From the NCBI RefSeq assembly GCF_009914755.1, contig NC_060931.1: a stretch of DNA of 64,000 nt. One strand, 5' to 3'. Shown piece after piece: positions 56,410 through 64,000 of the stretch. Position 1 is the first letter of the stretch. Every line of letters begins with the position of its first letter. The notes beneath the pieces are model-generated. The model was not told where the DNA came from. It searched no databases and saw only the letters and a list, made by a program, of their open reading frames with translations. The position numbers were made by a program, and so were the translations under genes. Origin of the DNA: the human T2T-CHM13v2.0 reference genome, Homo sapiens.

Positions 56410-57904
56410 CCTCTGCAAAATAAGTCAGGATGTATTTCATTGAAAAGGCATGTCTGTACTCAAGCTATGATAAAGTATTTATAACAATCGCAAAGTGACG
56501 CTGGCCAAATGGCAGGTTGCCCTCTCAGCCTCCCGGCCTGTGTCTGTGGCCTCTTGGTTAAAAAGCAACAGAAGCATCTACAGCTTTACTCCCACGTTTT
56601 AGTCTTAATTCCTGCCAGGGCACTATACACCTCCTCTCCTTATGCAAATATATTTGTTCATTGTGATTGAGGTTTGACTTCAAAACAACAAAATTTCTAA
56701 GGAAGGCATCTAAAGTTCGATCTGTTCTCATCAGTGACGTCCACAGTTAAGAGGCCACAGACGGCACTTCCTCAAACCTGCCTTTTCTAAACCTCAACTT
56801 CTTGCTGAGTTATACAAAGGAACCAGGACAAAGGGCCGCCAAATGGGTTCTGCGCTCAGTGCAACACCTGTTTGCACACCCCTTGTACTCATGTTTATGT
56901 ATTTCTTTGAGCATTTCTCTCACAGGCTGTTCTCTAACTGCAAAGAAAACTTTGTGAAAGATGTTTTGCAGACACAGTGATGCCGGGGATGTGAGATGCA
57001 GATAACCCTTTCCCCCAGGCTCTCTTTAAATACAGGATTCATTTCATCCCCTTCTTAAAGCACAATAATCCATCCTTCTTACTTGATTTAAATAGCAACT
57101 GCTATTTACAACAGGAGCTCCATGTTACAACTGTTTTGTTCCTTGGAGAATTGTTTCATTCCCCTCAGTTGCCTTTAACTGACACCTGACTAAACTCAAT
57201 TAGGGATCACTTCGGGAAAGGTACCACCTCCACAACTCGCAGGGAGAGGGAAGAGCAGGAAGAAACGAAAGGAAGAAAGCTGGAGTGTGGGGAAAGTTGG
57301 CACGGATGCTGAGAGGAAAAGGAAAAAGAAACTAAAGATGAGAAAAAGGTGAGAAAAGAGAAGGCAAGTGAAATTATATTGGAGCACACTAAGAATAATA
57401 AAGTAGCATTGTAATGTGCTTTGTAAACTATAAAGCATAATAAAAATGCAATGTGGTATTATTTGCAATATTTAAATAGGTGCTTTTGTGTGTGTGTTTG
57501 TGGATATGAAAATCAGCTGGTACAGGGATCCCTTGGCAGGGCAACCAGTGGCCCATTCTAAGCTGTGCAAATTAAAGTGGGTTCTTTGGTCTGTTGCAAG
57601 GACATTTTTCTACTGTGAGTCACTGTCATCAAGCCAGTCCTGGCGTTATTACCCAACAACTCCATGGCACGGAGCCACTTACACCCAGTGCTGGGAGGAG
57701 GTGCCCACTCAGATAATACTGGTTCTTGTAGCGGGGCGCCTTCCCCACGTACATCTAAGATGTCTGATAGCTCTCCTATGTCTTGCTTTAAAACAGACAG
57801 GATGGCATTTGGTGATGTAGGCCATCCCTATCTTCATAGGGGTCTGTATTCCAAGAGCTAATTTTCAGATTGTTTCTGCATTCTCAACAACTAGGTCAGA
57901 TGCC

Positions 57905-58028
57905 AGTGCTGCCCTTTCTAGCTCTGTGATCTCAGCAAGTTACTTAACCCCTTTCTGCCTCAATCCCCTCATCTCTAAAGTGGAGACAGTAATCATATTT
58001 CATAGGGTCCTTGTGAGGAGTAAATGAA
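57905..58028 (+). mobile_element. MIR
   Basis: tgtgatctcagcaagttacttaacccctttctgcctcaatcccctcatctctaaagtgg. Confidence 0.75.
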
Positions 58029-58100
58029 CATATATATATATAACTATATATAACATATATTATATATGACATTATATAACATATAATATATATAACATAT

Positions 58101-58135
<35 letters not shown>

Positions 58136-58137
58136 AT
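58029..58137. repeat. Interrupted (TA)n followed by (TG)n
   Basis: Directly visible. Confidence 0.92.
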
Positions 58138-58152
58138 AAAATAGTGAGTCCC

Positions 58153-58576
58153 TGATATGGTTTGGATCAGTGTCCCCACCCAAATCTTAAATTGTAATCC
58201 CCAGTGTTGGAGGTGGGGCCTGGTGGGAGGTGACTGGATCATGCGGGTGGTTTCTCAAGAATGGTTTAGCACCATTCATCTTGGTACTGTCCTTGCAACG
58301 GGAGTGAGTTTTCTTGTGAGATCTGGTGGCTTAAAAGTGTGTGGCACCTCCCCCCTCACTCTCTCTTGCTCCTGCTCTGGCCATGTGAAAGGCTGGCTCC
58401 TCCTTCACCTTCCACCATGACTGTAAGTTTCCTGAGGCCTCCCCAGAAACTGAGCAGATGCTAGCATCATGCTTCTTGTACAGCCTGCAGAACCAGAAGC
58501 CAATTAAACCTCTTTTCTTTATAAATTACCCAGACTCAGGTATTTCTTTATAGCAATGCAAGAATGGACTAATACA
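58153..58576 (+). mobile_element. MSTA/MSTB solo LTR
   Basis: TGATATGGTTTGGATC...gactaataCA; near-TSD gtccc/gtcct. Confidence 0.9.
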
Positions 58577-59049
58577 GTCCTAAACAAGCGTTTAGTGAAA
58601 ACTGAGGGGAGGGTGGTCAGCTAGCTCCCAGAGGCCTAGCTAACACAGAATAGAATTTACTTTCAAAGCTTCTGCATCTCTTTTCCATGTAACATTTTAA
58701 CCAAAAGCACTATCCTTGGTCATAACTGAGACCCAGTTTCTATGTACAATATGCTTATTGCAGATTTGTATCTACTGTATAAACAATGATCTCAACTTTT
58801 TTGATTAAGCACTTAATCAGGGGAAAAGAGAACACTCCTGATATATGTGATTTTTATAATTAAAAATAATCTATGTTTTACTTTCCAATACAGTATTGTT
58901 AACCAAAAACACAAATATAGAAAAATTTAAAGGATAAAGTGAGATAAAATATACATATTCAAATTTTCTTCTGTATCCTAATACGTTGTCTTGCACCCAT
59001 TACTTTGAAAAGCTGTGCTGTAATTCAGGTAAGCTAAGCCATGTAACTT

Positions 59050-59325
59050 AGAATTAGTCTTGGCCAAATGATCCACCTTGGACAATAAGAAGTACGCAAG
59101 AAGTAGCATTCTCAGGCAAAAGCCTTTCCGGCCAGTGTGTGACTCCTCTTTCCCTTATATTACGGTAACCAACCATGGTCTGGGGAGGAGCAGCTCCTTT
59201 GCCTGGTCAGTGAAAGAGGGTAACAAAGAGCAGAGACCCCAGCTGACCCAAGATGTGGCGCAAGTGTGAAGCAAACCTCTGTTGTTTGTTACTGCTGTAC
59301 AACTTAGGCCATCCTAACCAGTGCT
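59050..59325 (+). mobile_element. Old MLT1 (J/K-like) LTR fragment
   Basis: cagagaccccagctgaccc...aaacctctgttgtttgttactgctg...atcctaacc. Confidence 0.4.
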
Positions 59326-62300
59326 GGAATATTCGTTAATGCTGCCATCCCTAATGAGTCACAATTAACGTGGTTTAGTGTAATTCTATTGTGAGGCACA
59401 GCATGCTCACCTAGCAAAACCAGAGCACACGTTTTTAAAGACAACGTTAAAATTCCGAAATAGTTCAGTCCCTTTCTTCCATGTTTTAGCATCACTTCCA
59501 TTCCCCAGGAGAATGCTTCAGGAGATCAATGTGTCAAATGATGAAACTACTCTCATCACCACCAGTGTTAGTGATTTCAAGTGTGCACGTACTAATCCCC
59601 CACCTAATAACTTTTCTGAACAAGTGGAAGGCACGGGATCTTCAGTGACAAATGCTCTGGTTTGGTTTGCAAACTTTGACGCAAATCACTCTCTGGTGAC
59701 TAAAATTGGAAGATGCCCTACAGGAGTCTGGCACTGCTGCATACAGGCCTAAGTGCCCCCATGGGAGAATCAGCTTTTACCCTGGGCTGATGTTTTCTCT
59801 GGGAAAAATGGACTTTCCACACCCTGCCCCCTAAATGCATTCCCATGCTCCATGACGCCACGGTTGTGCTCTTGGTAAAGAATATTTAAGTTCTGACATC
59901 ATGATAACCATGGGTATTATTCATGGTAAGCTCACAAGCCTGGGAAGGCACATTCTGTACTCTCTTTATCACTGAAGTCAGCAATGGTTTTAAAAATAGC
60001 ATGGCTCACACACCCAGGGGACCACTGATTCATTAATGGCCAAATACACACTACTGTGGACTCCTAACTTGTATGGTGTTTTAGATTGTGATTTCTAGAA
60101 TCAAGGCACACACATTTATCATTTCCCTCATAGGAGTGTTATGCTGTACTAATTTATAAATAGAGATCTGCAGATCCTAAATGAAGGAACCCTCAAAAAT
60201 TACAAAACCAGGATTTGACAAGCCGTATGATTTGTGACTCCAAAATGACGTAAAATGTAATTAATGAGAATATCTACCAACTTGGTATAACTATGATATG
60301 TCATACCTAAATAAAGAGAGATGATGTTACAAAGATAATTGACACTAATCTTAGTGAAGTCTAGAAGTAAGTCATAGGTTTTTCACTGTCGAGGGGGGAA
60401 GGGAATATTTGATTCTAGATATCCCATGCAGGTTCTTTAAGAGAAGTATCCCATGAGCAGAGAATGTTTTCATGATTTATAAATACATTTAGAAGTACAT
60501 GACGACTTAAGCCTTTTGCTTAAATTCTGTGCTAAATAAGCAACTTTCTCATCTCTTACTGGGATTCCAGAGAGGACCTTCTGACCAAGGAGAAAATACC
60601 TTGATATGTAGGCCTAGCTTCTCTGGATGCTAGGATTATCTCTCTTTAAATGATTCAGATTGATCCATCAGCCTTTTATAGAATTAGTTAGTATGAACCA
60701 GTCTTTTAGAACCCAATAATCCTTAAATTTATGGAGTCAAATTTCCAAATCTGCTAGGCTGAGGACTGTAGAGGACAGAGTGAGCAGCATCCAGGAATAT
60801 CTGCTGAGCACCTACGATGTCCAAGCACCACCCCAAGAGTGGCAGGTGACCACTGGCATTGTGAAAGAAAGGGCTACCTGTTTTTCAGGTCAACAGGACG
60901 AGATGGGCCAAGGGGAGAAGAGATAACTGACCACAGAAGGAAGTCGCAACTGTTGCCCATTGAACGGTGCAGGCTTCAGAGAGTGGATGGAGTGCTCTCA
61001 GAGTCAGCGACCCCTTTACACACGAGAGTGCACCCCAAGGCGAAGCCAGGGGTGAGCTGAAACACAGAGGCCAGTGAGCACTGGGTTCCAGGGACAGATG
61101 AGACCCATTTTTATTTAAGATTCATAAGCCATCCACTGCCTACAGGACCTGGGATAGTGTGCAGATACAATACAAAGCACAATATGAAAATAAGATAAAA
61201 CAGGACCAAACCCATCTAAGGGAACATCAGGAAGAATAAAACCATGCCTGTGGTTGAGGGCTCTGCATTGCAGTGAGTGACAAAAGGGTCTGGAAAGGCT
61301 GGAGTCAGCGTGGCAGGTCTTTGGTGCCTAGTTTCGATTTTGTTCTGTTGAGGAGTCACAGGAGGTGGCTGAGAGGGGAGGGAGGAATGGTACCACTTCT
61401 GAGTGGGAAATGAAAGCATGTGGCCAGGGGCTTGGCACCCACCATGAAGGCGCATCTGAGAGGCGATAGGAACCTGCAGGGAAGGTGCAGACAACAAACT
61501 AGAGGGATGACCCAAAGACCCTGGCACTGACAGGTAGGAAAGGAACCACGATAATGTGGAAGCCACAGGATCAGGTGACAGGAGAATGAAGGGAAGGCTG
61601 GTCCCCTTTGGCGTCCTTGCTGACTTCAAGTGGCAGAGGAAGGCATGACCTGGTAGACAGAGGGGCCAATGCCCTGAAGAAGCATTCACCAGGGCACTGC
61701 AACTCTGTTTCCAGAAGGGGCTCGCACACACCAGTGTCAGGGTGGCCAAGGTGCTTCCCTGAGGGAACTCCCACAGCAGGACGCGGAGAGCACACCCTCC
61801 TGGCACAGATGCCCTCTGCTCTGCCCTGATTCCCAGGGAGGGCATCTCCAAGGCCAGAGCTGACCTGAAACAAAATCAGCTCTCAGGCACTCCTAGGAGT
61901 TACTGTCCTGGGCCAATACCCTTTGTTGAAGCTGGGAGGATGCTATCGAATAACATAAAAACTTAATGCCTACGCTGGAGCTATGGAGTACAACAGGAAC
62001 TACAATCCTACAAAACACAGCAACCCTTGCGGAACCACAAAGGCCAATCAAAGCCATTTACCCAACTAGGGTGCCTCATGTTACGCATAAGATATTAACA
62101 GAGAATGTCCGAATGTATGTTTTCCTTCCAACGGCTGGATGCAGGGAAGCTCTCTGGTTCTTTCACTAGCATCAAGTATACTCAATTTACTCCTCCAAAC
62201 AAGCCACACAGGCCCAGCGCTAAGAGTCTTCCCTGTCAGTTCTCAAAAGGTGGTCAAGGGGTAGAAACTCTGTTGCCATCTTGCACCATACGGCTCTCAG

Positions 62301-63479
62301 CAGCTCGCCTTGTGGTCCTGACCTTGCCAGCCAAGCCCTTTTCATTCCGTTTTAGTTAAGCAGAAAATGAAGCTATCAGCTCCATTTCCACTCTCTCTGC
62401 ATGAATTCATTTCCCTTTTCCATCCTGGCTCAAACTACATGGCTCATATAGTATTCCTACCGAGGTCTTACCTTGCTAAAGATTCTTCTCTTCTAAGACT
62501 TGCTGAATCCAAACAAAAAGGTGGGAGGACGTATGAGGATACATTCTAAGGGGCAACTTGAAATATAGGAAAGGATACAAGAATAATAAGCCCGTTGATT
62601 TCTTGTTTCCCAGCTTTTACACCCACAAAATCCTAAGAATTATTAAGGGATGGGGAATGTCTATGGAAGTGAAGTCAGTGACCCAGGAATCTGTTTTCCA
62701 TACCTACTCATGCCATGAAATCCCATTAAGTCACCAGAAATCCCCTGGAGGATAAGCTCTAACACCAGTTAGTGAAAGAATAAAAATCACTGCAATTTGC
62801 TCATTACCCCAGCTTTTCACCCAAACCATGGCTGAAAATCGCTAGAAGCCCACCTTTCTCCTGGACTGCAGGAAAATGAGCTGCCAAGGGCCCTGCACAT
62901 CCGGCCTCTGCTACACCAGGAGTTTGGGGCCGGAAGCTCCCCAGTGCCCCATTGGTCCTGGGCCGCATGAAGTGATTCAGAGCTACAGGGTCACGACTAA
63001 GCCATAAAATAAGAAACAAAGAACAAAATGAGCCTTTTCTTAGTTGCAAGCTAAAATTTGGGGAAAGTGATTAGAAAAAAGAAAAACAGTGCGGTTGCTG
63101 GGAAGGCCAATTTCCTTTTACTCACAGGAAATCTTTTCTGCTGATTTAAGAGCAGAGCCACACCTGCTCACAGACCAAATGTCAGCACAGGAGGAAGCTG
63201 CACCTTGAGTTATTCAACCAGTGACAAAAGCATTAAAACAATTCTGAGCTAAGGAAATTCAACCTGGGCTCCAGGGCCCAGACCCGATCCATCTGCACAT
63301 GAGTTAGAGAAAGGATTCGAGTTTATGGAAAGAAAGGGCATAGGAAAGGCACAGGCTCAATTCAAGACTTAGCAGTCCTGTTTTATACATGTTCCCTGAG
63401 TACAGACCAGCAGATCTGGGCTCACAAACAAGACCCAAGACCTCCATTCTAAAAGGAATGAGAACTCCACCGGGTCAAC

Positions 63480-64000
63480 TGACAAAACTGGAATGTAAAC
63501 AGTGGCTCAGATAAAAATATTGTATCAGTGTTACATTCTCTTCAGTTGATCTCTGTACCATGTATGAGAGCGCCCTATTCTTGGGAAACACACGCTGAAG
63601 CATCGGGGGTAACGCGGAGCTGTCCAGAGGAGCTCTGTGTGCTGCTGAAGAGGTTCTGTAGTCTCTATTGTCTGATGCAGCCACACATGTGTCTATGCAG
63701 CCCTTGAAAATGTGGCTGGTGTGACTGAGGAACTGAATGTAAAGTTTTGTTTAGTTTTAATTTAAATAGCTACTTGTGGCTAGTAGCTACCATTCTGGAT
63801 GGTGCCGGAATAAAGCACCATGATATTTGTAACTTACCCTCGAGTCATATAACGATCATTCGTGTGTCTGTATATACAAACACACCACAGGCACACACAC
63901 AACAACCAAAAGAGCAACAGTGAGAGACAGCACATTCAAGGGCATGACAAAACAAATGGGGTGAAGTGATAACAGGAAAATCTGGATATGGGGTATAGGG
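63480..64000 (+). mobile_element. L1MC-like 3' fragment interrupted by MER3
   Basis: tattgtatcagtgttacattctc...cctattcttgggaaacacacgctgaag resumes after 63807. Confidence 0.55.
63615..63807 (+). mobile_element. MER3 (hAT-Charlie MITE)
   Basis: gctgtcca...cttgaaaatgtggctggtgtgactgaggaactgaa...tttaaatagctacttgtggctagtagctacc. Confidence 0.8.

Noticed and set aside
61216-61851. 211-aa minus-strand ORF
   Set aside because: Non-ATG start, no recognisable homology, and a composition typical of non-coding sequence.

Overview
This is primate (very probably human) genomic DNA from inside the HIPK2 gene, which is transcribed on the minus strand. The only coding exon is the 1,084-nt second exon (42300->41217). 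It encodes the N-terminus, the SUMO site and the kinase domain up to the activation loop. Everything else is intron 1 (42301-64000) or intron 2 (1-41216), filled with Alu, L1, L2, MIR, MaLR LTRs, DNA transposons (a near-full Tigger1 with four nested insertions, MER58A, MER3), microsatellites and a ~1 kb CA-rich minisatellite. There is no prokaryote-type system or CRISPR, and I see no evidence of a new protein-coding gene. The most interesting signals are RNA-processing features around exon 2: inverted Alus that could drive back-splicing, a junction-spanning 380-aa ORF in the exon-2 circle, an AG|GT exon start that rebuilds a 5' splice site, and a duplicate donor 195 nt downstream that would add an immediate stop. 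Also notable are a perfect 19-bp hairpin hiding a donor site, a (UC)34 tract feeding an antisense-Alu acceptor, and candidate p53 and NRF2 elements. Repeat subfamily calls were made by eye from remembered consensus sequences and need RepeatMasker/Dfam confirmation.
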